NCBI GenBank assembly: GCA_963772835.1
Contig: CAVYYZ010000001.1
Span: forward strand, 191,381-255,380
Direction: 5' to 3'
Source of the DNA: an uncultured delta proteobacterium
GTDB lineage: Bacteria; Desulfobacterota; Desulfuromonadia; Geobacterales; Pseudopelobacteraceae
DNA length: 64,000 bases
Below are positions 35,837-47,632 of the stretch, piece by piece. Made by a program: the position numbers and the translations under genes. The notes below the pieces were generated by a model. That model made no database searches. It saw only the letters and a list, made by a program, of their open reading frames with translations, and was not told the DNA's origin. Numbering within the stretch: the stretch's first letter is position 1; each line of letters opens with the position of its first letter.

Positions 35837-36040
35837 TATAACTGCGCCATATGAAGTCCCTCCGCCGGGCACTCCGTCTTCCACGAGAAGCGATCGATGC
35901 GGAGAGCCTTCGGAGATATTAGAGTGAAACCGCGCGGCAGGTTTGAGGACTTTCCTCAGAATTGGGGAATGGTAAATACCGGGCGGTTTTGTAGAGCAGC
36001 GAATCAGTACAGGGCCGAATTCACTCTAAGGAGTCAGCTG

Positions 36041-36418
36041 ATGAAAAAGTTTCTGTTAGTATGTATCATGTCAGGCATCTGGTTGACCGGGTGCGGTTCA
36101 GAGGGCGCCGGTACGTTGTCCGTATCGACTCCGACAACGAACAACGGCGTTGTTACCGCCACCGCCACCTTGACACGCTCCAGTGGATCAACACTTTCGG
36201 GTCAGACAATCAACTTCATCTGGTACACCGTCGGCGTGACCTCAAAAACCCAGAGTGCTGAAATTACAAGTTCAGTCAAGACCGATAACTCCGGTATTGC
36301 CTCCTCCCAGTTAATACTTGCACCAAGCAGATCAGAAAGCTTCATCGTATATGTAAAAGCGAATGCCGGTGACTTGACAAATATTCAGGGATGGCAGTCA
36401 ACAACCGTTGCTCCGTAA
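36041..36418 (+). CDS. Small Ig-like lipoprotein
   Basis: AGGAG RBS; lipoprotein signal MKKFLL..LTGC; Thr/Ser-rich beta sequence. Confidence 0.75.
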   Translation: MKKFLLVCIMSGIWLTGCGSEGAGTLSVSTPTTNNGVVTATATLTRSSGSTLSGQTINFIWYTVGVTSKTQSAEITSSVKTDNSGIASSQLILAPSRSESFIVYVKANAGDLTNIQGWQSTTVAP

Positions 36419-36505
36419 CCCTTCGGGATCTGTGATATCTCCCGACGCACGTTTTGAATCTGTATGACTTTGAAAACAGTAAGGATTCACATTCCGGAGG
36501 CTTGT

Positions 36506-39500
36506 ATGAAACCGCTTACATCACTATCACTTATTTTAGTCGCATTCATGCTTGCCGCTCTGCCGGGCTGCTCGGGGAGCGTGGACAGCGGGGCTAATTC
36601 GTCACCTGGAAGTAAAATAACGTCGAAACTCATAGGGAGCGAAATTCAGGTTTCTACTGCTGGTGACGATCAGCAGAATCCCGCAGGTTCTTTATTTGTA
36701 CGATAAATTAATATATTTTGTCGTATGGGAGGACTGGCGCAACAGGAACCTGACTACGAGCGATTTTCCTGCTGATCCGGCAAAGTTTGCCGGATCGGAT
36801 ATCTGGGGAAAATTTATAAATGCTGACGGAACGGCCTGCGGAAGCGAATTTTATAATCACCGACCGACTTTCCGGAAATCAGACCGCTCCGTCAGTTGCG
36901 TATCGTCCGGGAGATAAACTTGTCGTCGCCTGGCAGGATTCGGTCGGGATCCTCCACCGGAGGATATGTACGCTACGCCGCAATCACATCAATTCCTGCA
37001 GCCGGTTCCTGTGCCGCCGTTTCTCCCGTTCGTAACCACTCCTGTATCGGTCGGCTTCACGCACTTCAAACAATACGATGCCAATACGTCACGCCTCCTC
37101 GACTACATTTACGATTGTCGGTGACGGTACCGGCGGTGCCGATGTCACCGGCGGAGCCGTTCTGGTTCCCTATGTCAAGCCGCGTTCCATGTACCGTCAC
37201 CGGCACCTACCCGGCGGAAAATCTCGACCCGTCCGTCGGGCCTACGACGCCGGTCAGTATTCAGGATGACGGCCAGGGCAAGCTAATCGGTTCCGGTGCC
37301 TCCGGTACGATAAACTATATGACCGGCAAGCTGGATGTCACCCTGATTAATGAGGTGGATACCGGATCGACGGCAACCTTTACGGTAAACTACAGCAGAC
37401 TCGGCCAGAGTTCGATCGATATGCCGGAGTCACTGCAGTCGCGGAAAACGCCGAAAATAAATTATGACAGCGTAAAAGGTCAGTTTGCACTGACCTGGGT
37501 TGAATCGCGCATTGATACCAGCGGCAGTAATTACGGCAACAGTTACGCCTCGGTACTCTGTTTCGGCGTAGCCCCGGTTACCTGGCTGACCGGCGACAGT
37601 ACGTTCCTCGGCTATCTTTATCTTGATCCGGCCCTCACACCGCTGGCAAACCCGCTGGCCATTGCCAGTGCCGATGCCATGAGAAGCGAAACCACAAGCT
37701 CGATGAAGCTTGTCTCGTCGTCACGCACGGCAACGCTGGAAACATATGTCTACGACTTTTTCACCAATCTCAATAATCCGAATCTGGCATCAGACAGTAC
37801 GTCACCCGAGACTCTGTTTGTCTGGGAAGGTGAACGAAACAAGGCAACGCTCTCCTGCTCGCTTGATGCGGCAACAGGCACGATCACGTCGACATTTGTA
37901 ACTGCATTGAAAGATGACGGCAATCAACACATCTATGGAATATTCGACAAAGAAATTATTCTGAATACCGCCACCAAATGGCTGGATTTCGGAAATACCG
38001 GCAGCGGTACAAATCCTTCGCTTGCTATCGACAGTGTCAGCAGCCCCCGCAAATTTCTCGTCGCCTGGGAAGACATGCGCGGCGGTTCCAACACGAAAAT
38101 ATTCGGTCAGCTGATCTATTCCGGAGGAGGGCTGTATAACAGCAACCGCATGCTTTCCTATCAGGACAGCGCCGGCAGCGGATCAAACGATGCGGTCATT
38201 ACCAACTCCCGCCAGACCAGGCCCGTCGTCAGCTATGATGCGGTCAATCAGCGCTACTTTGTCATGTGGCAGGATGAACGCAACAGCTCCACATCCGTTG
38301 CCAACATCGACCTGTACGGGCAGTATGTTAACCTTGAAGGCTCCCTCAGCGGCGCCAATTACGCCATATCCTCCAACTCCAGCAACCAGTTGGCTCCGGC
38401 CATTGCCTACGATTCCTTTACCAAGCATTTCTTTGCCGTCTGGAAGGATGCCCGCAATATCAATCCTCCGGGCACATCTGCCTCCGATATCTACGGTCAG
38501 CTGTTCAGCATCGGGCAGCCTCAGATGACCCTGCTGACAACGACGACACCGACGGAACAACTTGTTCCGGCGGTACATGATTTCAAGACAACCACCGGCA
38601 CCTGGACGTTTCTCGTCAAGAACACCGGTGATCAGGATCTGACGATCGATCCGATCGCGAGCACGAATCTGCCCAGCCCGCCGTTCTCAATCGCACCGTC
38701 AAACGGCGCCGTACTCGCCCCCGGCTCTTCCATCACCTATGCTGTCACCTACATTCCGACCTCGTCCGGCGTGTACAATGACTCGTTTACCCTCACTTCG
38801 GACGGCGGCAGCCAAAAAGTTGCGTTAAGCGCCACCGGGAACGTTTCAGCGGCATTCAGTTTCTCCCCGGCCGACAAGACAGAAATAACGGGGAGCACCA
38901 ACGAGGCATTTTCGCAGAAGATGTCCGTCGTCGGCGGATACGCCCCCTTTACCTGGAGTGCGACCGGACTGGCCGGCTCGGGGCTCACCTTCAACACCGT
39001 TACCGGTGAAATATCAGGTGCCACACCGATCACCGGAACGTACACGGTAGCCGTCACCGTTTCCGACAGCAGTGCCCCGACGGTTTCCATCACCAATACC
39101 TATACGATCGTAATAAGTTCCGTCAAAATCTCAACGACCACACTGGTTCCGTGGACGCAATGGGTCTCCACAGCCTCCACACCATCATCACTGTACAGCC
39201 AGCAGCTCACTGCCACCGGCGGCAGCAGCCTGACATACACCTGGACGTATAGCGGTACCCTGCCGGCCGGCCTCACCTTGAGCTCATCAGGGCTTCTGAG
39301 CGGCAATCCGACTGATATCGGCAATCATATTTTCAACATTATCGCAACAAACCCGACCGACGCCACGCAGCAGTCACCGCCGAAGGCGTTTACCGTCGTT
39401 ATTAATCCTCCTCCGTCCATTCTTACAACCACGCTGCCGCACGGGACTCAGGGGACCGCCTATTCGCAGCTGCTGAGCATGACCGGCGGCACAGAGCCCG

Positions 39501-40072
39501 CCTGGTCGGTACTGAGCGGGCTGCCTGCGGGGCTGGTATTCAATACACTCAGCTGTCCGAACACAATCTGCGGGACACCGACGAACACCGGCACCTACCC
39601 GCTTACCCTTGTCGTCACCGACAAGACCGGCGCGCGAGACAGCAAAAGCGTCTCCCTGGTTATCGACCCGGTTGGGACCACACCGACCACACCGCCCGTA
39701 ACCTCGACCAGCCCTCCGACCACGTCCAACAGCGGCGGCGCGAGCGGCTGTTTCATCGCCACAGCGGCCTACGGCAGCTACCTCGAACCGCACGTCATGG
39801 TACTGCGTCACTTCCGTGACGAGGTGCTGCTGCAGAGTGTCGCCGGCACCGCCTTCGTGAAATTCTACTACCGCTACAGCCCGCCGATCGCCGACTATAT
39901 CGCAGAGCACGCCATTCTGCGTATGATGATGCGGGTCGCCCTGACTCCGCTTATCTTCGTCGTGAAATACCCGCTGCTGTCGGCACTCCTCTCGGCCTTC
40001 TCCGCACTCTGGTTCATCAGACGCAGATTGACCGCGAAGGGACAGACAGAAATGGTGCAGCAGGCAGGGTAA
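36506..40072 (+). CDS. Large surface lipoprotein with repeat/Ig-like domains and a C-terminal CFI-box-CTERM-like tail (several +1 frameshifts at 36680-37190, probably errors)
   Basis: Lipobox LPGC; repeated [10 protein letters not shown] / FLVAWEDMR / YFVMWQDER / FFAVWKDAR; putative Ig repeats ([15 protein letters not shown]); [30 protein letters not shown] followed by a TM helix. Confidence 0.8.
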
Positions 40073-40096
40073 CGTCTTCACACCAGACACGCACAC

Positions 40097-40139
40097 AAAA
40101 AACCTCCGGAGCCCGTCACACGGTTCCGGAGGTTTTTTT
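40097..40139. terminator. Intrinsic terminator, probably bidirectional
   Basis: AAAAAACCTCCGGA...TCCGGAGGTTTTTTT. Confidence 0.85.
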
Positions 40140-40202
40140 GTTGATGTACTATGATGCCAAAATATGATTGCACATTTATCTGACGCCAGTTAGTATGAAT
40201 GC

Positions 40203-40457
40203 ATGAACAGCCGTAACCGCACAACTCTTGAGACGATTTTCACTGATCCGGTCAGTGGCTCTCTCCAGTGGCGCTTGATTGAGTCACTCCTCGTTTCATT
40301 GGGGGCTGTACTGGTGGAAGGACGCGGCTCCCGTGTCTGTTTTGTGCTGAATGGACGAAGAGCTGATTTTCACCGGCCGCACCCGGGTAAAGAAGCGTTG
40401 CGGTACAGAGTACGGGCAGTGAGAGAATTTTTGGAAAAAGCGGGGGTAACGCCATGA
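40203..40457 (+). CDS. hicA: HicA-family toxin
   Basis: EGRGSRV..FHRPHP; overlaps the HicB gene. Confidence 0.9.
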   Translation: MNSRNRTTLETIFTDPVSGSLQWRLIESLLVSLGAVLVEGRGSRVCFVLNGRRADFHRPHPGKEALRYRVRAVREFLEKAGVTP

Positions 40458-40783
40458 ATGCGATGATGTACAACGGATATGCTGCGCGGGTTGAATATGA
40501 TGCAGAAGACAGGATCTTTACCGGCCGTCTTGCCGGAATTGACGATATTGTAACGTTTCACGGTGAATCGGTGAAGGAGCTTGAAACTGAATTTAAGACT
40601 GCAGTGGACGGGTATCTGGACATGAGCGAGCGTGCCGGAAAGCCGGCTCAGAAACCGTATTCAGGAAGGGTGATGCTTCGGGTCCCGTCAGAAATCCACG
40701 CAGCCGCTGCAGTAGCCGCGGAAGCAAGCGGTAAAAGCCTTAATCAGTGGGCAACCGAGGTCCTCCGCCGCGCAGTGAGCTGA
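40454..40783 (+). CDS. hicB: HicB-family antitoxin
   Basis: YNGYAARVEYD..TFHGESV..KPYSGRVMLRV..SLNQW (RHH). Confidence 0.92.
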   Translation: MNAMMYNGYAARVEYDAEDRIFTGRLAGIDDIVTFHGESVKELETEFKTAVDGYLDMSERAGKPAQKPYSGRVMLRVPSEIHAAAAVAAEASGKSLNQWATEVLRRAVS

Positions 40784-40785
40784 AC

Positions 40786-41563
40786 GGCAATGTTAAATTT
40801 TGGATGTTGAATTTTGAATTTGATTAAACCTTTCTTTACAGGGATGAAAGGGATGAAGAGGATGAAACCTTATAACCACAGACATTGAATCTTTCTGCCA
40901 ACGAACCACACGTAGGGGCGCACTGCGTGCGCCCTGAATTACATAAGCCAAAAACGATCATATTCACCATCTAAAACCGGGCGCACGTCGGTGCGCCCCT
41001 ACCGAGAGACCTCCTTTGACGTAAAAATGAGAATCAAAATCATCTCTCGCCCGTTCGCTCCGTTCACTCAAGACGCGAAGTCGCAAAGAGAGACAATACA
41101 AAAAAGCTTTAAGTCTTTGGGGGTAAACCATAAAGTACTGCCTGGTTCTGCCTGTCGCCTTCCTCTGCGTATCTCTGCGTACTCTGCGAGAGATTGCCTT
41201 TGTTCGTGAGTTTCGTGTATTTCGTGGACAATGTTTTGCTGTTACGCGTCATCGTATTAGGATTTAATCTTTCTTTGCGTCTTCGCGGCTTTGCGAGAGA
41301 CCGCTTTTGAAGTAAAAACCAGAATCAAAATCATCTCTCGCCCGTTCGCTCCGCTCTCTCAAGACGCGAAGTCGCAAAGAGAGTCAACACAAAAAAGCTT
41401 TAAGTCTTTGGGGGTAAACCAAAATCCTGTTCAGTTCAGTTTTTCGCCTTCCTCTGCGTATCTCTGCGTACTCTGCGAGAGACCGCCTTTGACGTTCAAT
41501 TCAAAATTCATTTAGGCCCACTGGGGTCAAATTCAAAATTCAAAATTCAAAATTCAACATTGC
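40786..41563. repeat. Mosaic repeat block 1: heptamer runs at both ends, a GGGATGAAA module, a REP doublet and two direct copies of a composite unit about 290 bp apart
   Basis: GAATCAAAATCATCTCTCGCCCGTTCGCTCCG..CTCTGCGTACTCTGCGAGAGA occurs twice; TTCAAAA runs. Confidence 0.9.
40912..41002. repeat. GTAG-family REP doublet (REPIN-like)
   Basis: GTAGGGGCGCACTGCGTGCGCCC (40912-40934) and its inverted partner GGGCGCACGTCGGTGCGCCCCTAC (40979-41002); each is a hairpin with a GTAG foot. Confidence 0.85.
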
Positions 41564-41572
41564 TTTCAGAGT

Positions 41573-44500
41573 TTAGCGTTTCCTAAACCGCTGCTGCGCC
41601 AGCGACTGCAGACGGTCCATATAATAATAGACCACCGGCGTGATGTAGAGCGTCAGCAGCTGGGAAACCAGCAGGCCGCCGACGACCGCGAGGCCGAGGC
41701 CACGGCGCGACTCCGCTCCGGCGCCGAGGCCGATGGCGATCGGCAGCGTCCCCATCAGGGCCGCCATGGTCGTCATCATGATCGGCCGGAAACGGACCAG
41801 ACACCCCTTGTAGATCGCCTCCATCGGCGTTTTCCCCTCCATCCGCTGCGCCTCCAGCGCGAAGTCGATCATCATGATCGCATTCTTTTTGACGATACCG
41901 ACCAGCATGATGATGCCGACAAAGGAGTAGAGATTGAGATCCTTGCCGAAGATCAGCAGGGTGATCAGCGCCCCGAAACCGGCCGACGGCAGTCCGGAGA
42001 GGATCGTCAGCGGGTGGATGTAACTCTCGTACAGCACGCCGAGGACGATATAGATCACCAGAATTGCGATGATCAGCAGCAGGGCCAGCCCTTTCGTCGA
42101 GGCCTGATACACCTGCGCGGTCCCCTGGAAACCGGTCGTGATCGACGCGGGGAGACCCCTGGCCTCCTTCTCGTACGGCCGCAACGGCGTCCCCCAGCGG
42201 GATATCCGGTTTCAGGTTGAACGAGATCGTCACCGCGGTGATCTGGCCGAGATGGTTGACCGAGAGCGGGCCGAGGCCGCTTTTGAGGGTGCCCAGCGAG
42301 GAGAGCGGTACGAGGGTGCCGGATGAGGAGCGCACGTACAACAGCCCCAGTGCGGCCGGATCCCGCTGGTACTGCGGCTCCAGCTCCATCACGACCCGGT
42401 ACTGGTTGTTGGGGGCGAAGATCGTCGAGACCTGCCGCGAGCCGTAAGCCGAATAGAGCGCCTCCTCGATCTGCTGGGCCGACACCCCCATGGATGCGGC
42501 GCGGTCGCGGTCGATCTCCAGGGTCACCTGCGGATTTTTGATCTGCAGGTCACTGGTGACGTCCTGCAGGTCCGGCATCGCGCGCACCTTCTGTTCGAAG
42601 GCGGACGCCTGGCGGTACAGCTCCTCCGTATCGGGACTCTGCAGCACAAACTGGTACTGAGCCTTTGACAGGGTCGCCTCCAGCCGGATCGGCGGGGGAT
42701 TCTGCATGAACATCATGATGCCGGGAACCGACATGACTTTCGGACGGAGCTTCTGGATGATCTGATCGGCGTTCAGCTTCCGCTCCCCCCTCGGTTTCAG
42801 CCGCATGAACATGAATCCGGAGTTGGAGCCGACCCTGCTGCCGCTGGAGCCGACCGACGACATGAACGCCTCCACGTCCGGTTCCTGCAGCACGATATCG
42901 GCCAGCTTCTGCTGCTGCCGCTTCATCTCTTCAAAGGAAATCCCCTGCGCCCCTTCGGTGATCGCGAAGAGTGCGCCGATATCGTCCGCCGGCAGGAGCC
43001 CCATCGGCATCCGGGTAAAGAGCCATACGGTCACCAGCAGCATCAGGAACGTCACGACGACCGTCGAGCGGCGGAAACGGAGCACGGTCTGCAGCGAGCG
43101 GTCATAGGCATGCAGCAGGGCGCTGAAAAAGCGCTCCATGACGTTGTAGAGGCGCCCGTGGCGCTGTTCCGCCGGGGGGGTAAGAAAACGGCTGCAGAGC
43201 ATCGGCGTCAGGGTCAGGGAGACAACGCCGGAGATCAGGATCGCACAGGTGATCGTCACCGCAAACTCGTGCAGCATCCTCCCCAGCATCCCGGCCATGA
43301 ACAGCACCGGGATAAAGACCGCCACCAGCGAGATCGTCATGGAGATGATCGTGAAACCGATCTCTTTCGAACCGCGCAGCGACGCATCCATCGCCGACTC
43401 GCCATGCTCCATGTGGCGGACGATATTTTCCAGCATGACGATGGCGTCGTCGACGACGAAGCCGACCGACAGGGTCAGCGCCATCAGGGTGATGTTGTTG
43501 ACCGAAAACCCGAGCGCGTACATGGCGGCGAAGGTCCCGACAATCGAAAGGGGGAGGGCGAGGCTCGGAATGACGGTGGCGGAAAGGTTGCGCAGGAAGA
43601 GGAAGATAACCAGGATGACCAGCGCGATCGTCAGCAGCAGCGTAAATTTCACATCCGAAACCGAGTCGCGGATCGTATCGGTGCGGTCAAACAGGGTATT
43701 CAGCTCGACGGAGGCGGGGAGCTGGCTGCGAAAGCCGGGCATCTGCTCCTTGATGCTGTTGACCACCTCGATGGTGTTGGTTCCCGGCTGCCGCTGGATG
43801 GCCAGCACGATCGCCCGGTTCGACCCACCCTTCGTGTTGTACCACGCCGCGATCTTGTCGTTTTCCACACTGTCCGTCACGATGGCGATATCGGACAGCC
43901 GCACCGGTGCCCCCCCGCGATACACGACCGTCATGGCGCGGAACGCCGCGGCGTCCAGCAGCTGCCCGGTCGCCTGGATGGTCATCGCCTGCCGGTCCCC
44001 CTGCAGACCGCCGGTCGGGAGGTTGACGTTCCATTTTTCCAGGGCTGCCGCCACCTCGTCCAGGCCGATCTTCCGGCTGACCAGCGCCTTCGGGTCGAGC
44101 TGCACCCGCACCGCGTATTTCTGCGAGCCGTACACCATCACCTGGGCAACGCCGTTGATCATGGAAATCCGCGGCGAGATAACGGTATCGGCGAACTCGT
44201 TCACCTCCGACAGCGGCAGGGTCAGGGAACTGAGCGCCAGGTAGAGCACCGGCGAATCGGCCGGATTGACCTTCTGGTACGACGGTGGGCTCGGCATGTC
44301 CTGGGGGAGCTGCCGCGCTGCCTTGGAGATCGCCGCCTGCACATCCTGCGCGGCCGAATCGATACTCTTGTCCAGGGTGAATTTGAGGGTAATGACCGAG
44401 ATCCCCTGGCCGTTGGTGGAGGTCATGGAATCGAGGCCGGAGATCGTTGAAAACTGACGCTCCAGCGGGGTGGCGACCGACGACGCCATGGTCTCGGGGC

Positions 44501-44663
44501 TGGCCCCCGGCAGATCGGCGCGCACCTGAATGGTGGGGAAATCGATACTCGGCAGATCGTTCACCGGCAGCAGTCGATAGGCGAACAGGCCGAACACCAT
44601 GACCGCCAGCATGACGAGGCTGGTCATGATCGGCCGTTTTATGAAAAGCTCTGACAGGTTCAT
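41573..44663 (-). CDS. RND efflux permease, AcrB/MdtB-C family (+1 frameshift near 42175)
   Basis: FIKRPI, VATPLERQF and GFVVDDAIVMLENI; the C-terminal part (GIVKKNAIMMIDFA, RFRPIMMTT) is in ORF 41573..42184. Confidence 0.93.
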
Positions 44664-45835
44664 CGCGGAGCGGCCCCCCCGGTCGCGGGTTTCGCGGCCG
44701 GAGGAGCACCGCCCGGTTTATCCGGACCCTTGATCTCCACCGTGCCACCCGGTATCACCCGCATCTGGCCGTCAATCACCACCTGCTCACCCGGCGAGAT
44801 CCCCTTTTCAACCACGGTCATCCCTCCGGACGCCGGACCGGCAGACACCGGACGCATCTCCGCCGTACCGTCAGGGAGCACGGCAAACACAAACTGCCCC
44901 TTCTGTCCCGTCTGGATCGCCTGGGAGGGGACGACCACCGCATCTTTGAGGGTCGCCAGCGTAATGGAAAGAGTCACGAACTGCCCCGGCCAGAGGAGCT
45001 TTTTCCGGTTCCGGAACGAAGCCTTCACCCGGATCGTGCCGGTCGCCGGATCAAGGGTGTTATCGATGAACGTAACGATCCCCGTTTCCTTCCCGTCCGC
45101 ACCTCCGGGGAGATCCGCCGCAACCGTCACCGTTCCCGCCGCCATCTGCCGTTTCACCGCCGCCAGATCCCGCTCCGCAATCGTAAACGAGGCATTGAGC
45201 GGCGCCACCCGGTTGATCGTCACCAGCACGGTCTCATTGGCCTTGACCACATTACCGCGGTCGGTCAGCAGCGCCCCCAGCCGCCCGCTGATCGGCGCCG
45301 TAACCGTGCAGTACGACAGCTGCGTGCGGGCGCTCTCAACGGCGGCGCTGTCCGCCGCCACATCCGCCCCGGCCGATTCGGCCCTGGTCCGGTACCCTTC
45401 CGCCTGCTCCTGGGTGACGATCCCCTCCCTGACCAGCTGCGCGTAGCGCTCGAAATCCCTGCCGGCATTACTCAGCAGCGTCCGGTCACGGGCCAGCGCC
45501 GCCTCGGCCTTCCGCAGCGCCGCCTCATAACTGCGCGGGTCCAGCTTGAAGAGGAGCGCGCCCCGCTGCACCTCGTCCCCCTCACGGAAGGCGACAGCCG
45601 TCAGTTCGCCGCTGATCTGCGTCCTGATCGCCACGCTTTCAGATGCCTCCATGGTGCCGATCGCCTTCACCAGCAGCGGCACATCCGCCCGGGTCGCCGC
45701 AGCGGTCACCACCAGGGCGGGGGGGCGTCCTTTCGGTTTTTCAGTTTTTTTGGTACAGCCGGACAGAGCGGCGGAAGTCAGAAGAAGAGCGGCAACAAGC
45801 GGGGCGGCAGCAGCCGTGAAGCGGTGGATAATCAT
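44660..45835 (-). CDS. RND membrane fusion protein (lipoprotein)
   Basis: LSGC lipobox, VTAPISGRLG, IDNTLDPATGTI and LWPGQFV. Confidence 0.94.
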   Translation of the reverse strand: MIIHRFTAAAAPLVAALLLTSAALSGCTKKTEKPKGRPPALVVTAAATRADVPLLVKAIGTMEASESVAIRTQISGELTAVAFREGDEVQRGALLFKLDPRSYEAALRKAEAALARDRTLLSNAGRDFERYAQLVREGIVTQEQAEGYRTRAESAGADVAADSAAVESARTQLSYCTVTAPISGRLGALLTDRGNVVKANETVLVTINRVAPLNASFTIAERDLAAVKRQMAAGTVTVAADLPGGADGKETGIVTFIDNTLDPATGTIRVKASFRNRKKLLWPGQFVTLSITLATLKDAVVVPSQAIQTGQKGQFVFAVLPDGTAEMRPVSAGPASGGMTVVEKGISPGEQVVIDGQMRVIPGGTVEIKGPDKPGGAPPAAKPATGGAAPR

Positions 45836-45940
45836 TCGGATCTCCGGTAACAGTGGGCGGGGCAGAAAATTTAGCGAAGTATATACAATCGTTCTACAAC
45901 ATGAAACAAAATTTAAGCGCGGAAATGCTGGAAGTTCGAA

Positions 45941-47215
45941 GGCAATGTTGAATTTTGAATTTTGGATTTGACCCCAGTGGGCCTAAATGAATTGAAATGC
46001 GAAAGGCAGTGTAAGAAGCGATTTTGAATGTTGAATTTGACCCCAGTGGGCCTAAATGAATTTTGAATTGAACGTCAAAGGCGATCTCTCGCAAAGCCGC
46101 AACCAGAAGTAGGCGCTTCTAAGCGAGACGCAAAGAAAGATTAAATCCTAATACGATGAAGCGTAACAGCAATTCTTTATCCACAAATACACGACCAGAA
46201 GTATTACTGACTGTTGTTTGTTAGCTTCATAACAAACTTACAGCCAGTTAGTAGTTCCATCAGGCGCCTCTAGGCGAACTCACGAACAAAGGCGGTCTCT
46301 CGCAGAGAACGCAGAGTCACGCAGAGAAAACCAAAGATTTTGTTGGTAAACCAGGAGTATCTGCCTGGTTGTTTCCGCTTTTATCGGCGTGCATCTGCGT
46401 CACTCGGCGGTTCCACTGTTTTAAGGCTTTTATTAACCGCCGAGAAAGGCGGATACACGCCGAGTAAGACAAAATCTTTGGGGGGTAAACCAAGAGTATC
46501 TGCCTGGTTGTTTCTGGTTTTATCGGCGTGCATCGGCGTCACTCGGCGGTCACATGATTGTTTGATATTAAATGGCAATTCTTTGTTCACGAAAAACACG
46601 GAAAAGAATTTTTGGTTTATCCCAAAAGCTTAAAGCTTTTTTCGTTTGACTCTCTTTGCGGCTTCGCGTCTTGAGTGAACGGAGTGAACGGGCGAGAGAT
46701 GATTTTGATGCTAGGTTGGAGTCAAAGTCGGTCTCACGCAAAGCCGCGAAGACGCAAAGAAAGATTAAATCCTAATACGATGAAGCGTAACAGCAATTCT
46801 TTATCCACGAAATACACGAAACTCACGAACAAAGGCGGTCTCTCGCAGAGAACGCAGAGGAAGGCGAAAGGCAGAACCTGAAAGATTTGTTGTTTTACCC
46901 CAAAAGCTTAAAGCTTTTTTTGTTTGACTCTCTTTGCGACTTCGCGCCTTGAGAGAACGGAGTGAACGGGCGAGAGATGATTTTGATTCTGGTTTTTACG
47001 TCAAATGCGGTCTCTCGCAGAGGAAGGCGAAAAACTGAACTGAACAGGATTTTGGTTTACCCCCAAAGACTTAAAGCTTTTTTGTGTTGTCTCTCTTTGC
47101 GTCTCGCTTAGAAGCGCCTACTTTTGGTCGCGTCTTGAGTGAACGAAGTGAACGGGCGAGAGATGATTTTTATGTTGGTTTGTACGTCAACTTTGTCCAC
47201 GAAATGCATGATCAA
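45941..47215. repeat. Mosaic repeat block 2, largely an inverted counterpart of block 1
   Basis: GGCAATGTTGAATTTTGAATTTTG..TTTGACCCCAGTGGGCCTAAATGAATTTTGAATTGAACGTCAAAGGCG is the reverse complement of the end of block 1; GAACGGGCGAGAGATGATTTT occurs three times. Confidence 0.9.
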
Positions 47216-47349
47216 AAGGCTATGGGGTCCAGGTTATGTGGTCAAGCCTTGAATTGCCACTTTTAGACATAATTGATTTGTTTTCACCTATTATTTGACA
47301 GTTTCCTGATTTTACTGATACCATTTGCTAGGTATGCAAGGAGGATCCT

Positions 47350-47619
47350 ATGCCGACAATCAGTATGTTTTATGGGATTGTTATCTATATGTATCTCATG
47401 GACAACAATCGCCATCATCTGCCGCACATTCATACACGCTATCAAGGAAAAAAGGCTTCAATTGCCATTGAATCCGGTGAGTTGCTTGATGGTGAGATAC
47501 CAGGTAGCAAGCTGAAACTGGTTCAGGCATGGATTGAAATTCATAGGGAAGATTTGATGGCCGACTGGGATCTGTCAATAAATAATGAATTGCCTTTGAA
47601 AATACCACCCCTTCAATAA
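47350..47619 (+). CDS. DUF4160-family protein (putative TA toxin)
   Basis: MPTISMFYGI..HHLPHIH..VQAWIEIH..LMADW. Confidence 0.88.
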   Translation: MPTISMFYGIVIYMYLMDNNRHHLPHIHTRYQGKKASIAIESGELLDGEIPGSKLKLVQAWIEIHREDLMADWDLSINNELPLKIPPLQ

Positions 47620-47632
47620 AGGAGATCGATTT

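Noticed and set aside
35837..36040. Cyclic-dinucleotide (GEMM) riboswitch after pilQ
   Set aside because: I could not find the GEMM core (GGxAAAC..GAAA..GACGCAAAGC); only small hairpins are present.
40991..41515. Short ORFs within mosaic repeat blocks (also 45894-47266, 49110, 50198, 56497-57034, 58181)
   Set aside because: They merely translate the repeat modules and recur with broken frames.
23480..42190. Programmed frameshifting or pseudogenisation of pilY1, the 36506 lipoprotein and the RND permease
   Set aside because: All are isolated +1 insertions, several in short homopolymers and about five clustered in 36680-37190, in otherwise intact frames. Consensus sequencing error is more likely; reads would decide.
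43110..44450. Long antisense or alternate-frame ORFs over the RND and capD genes
   Set aside because: Shadow ORFs caused by high GC and codon bias of the real minus-strand genes.
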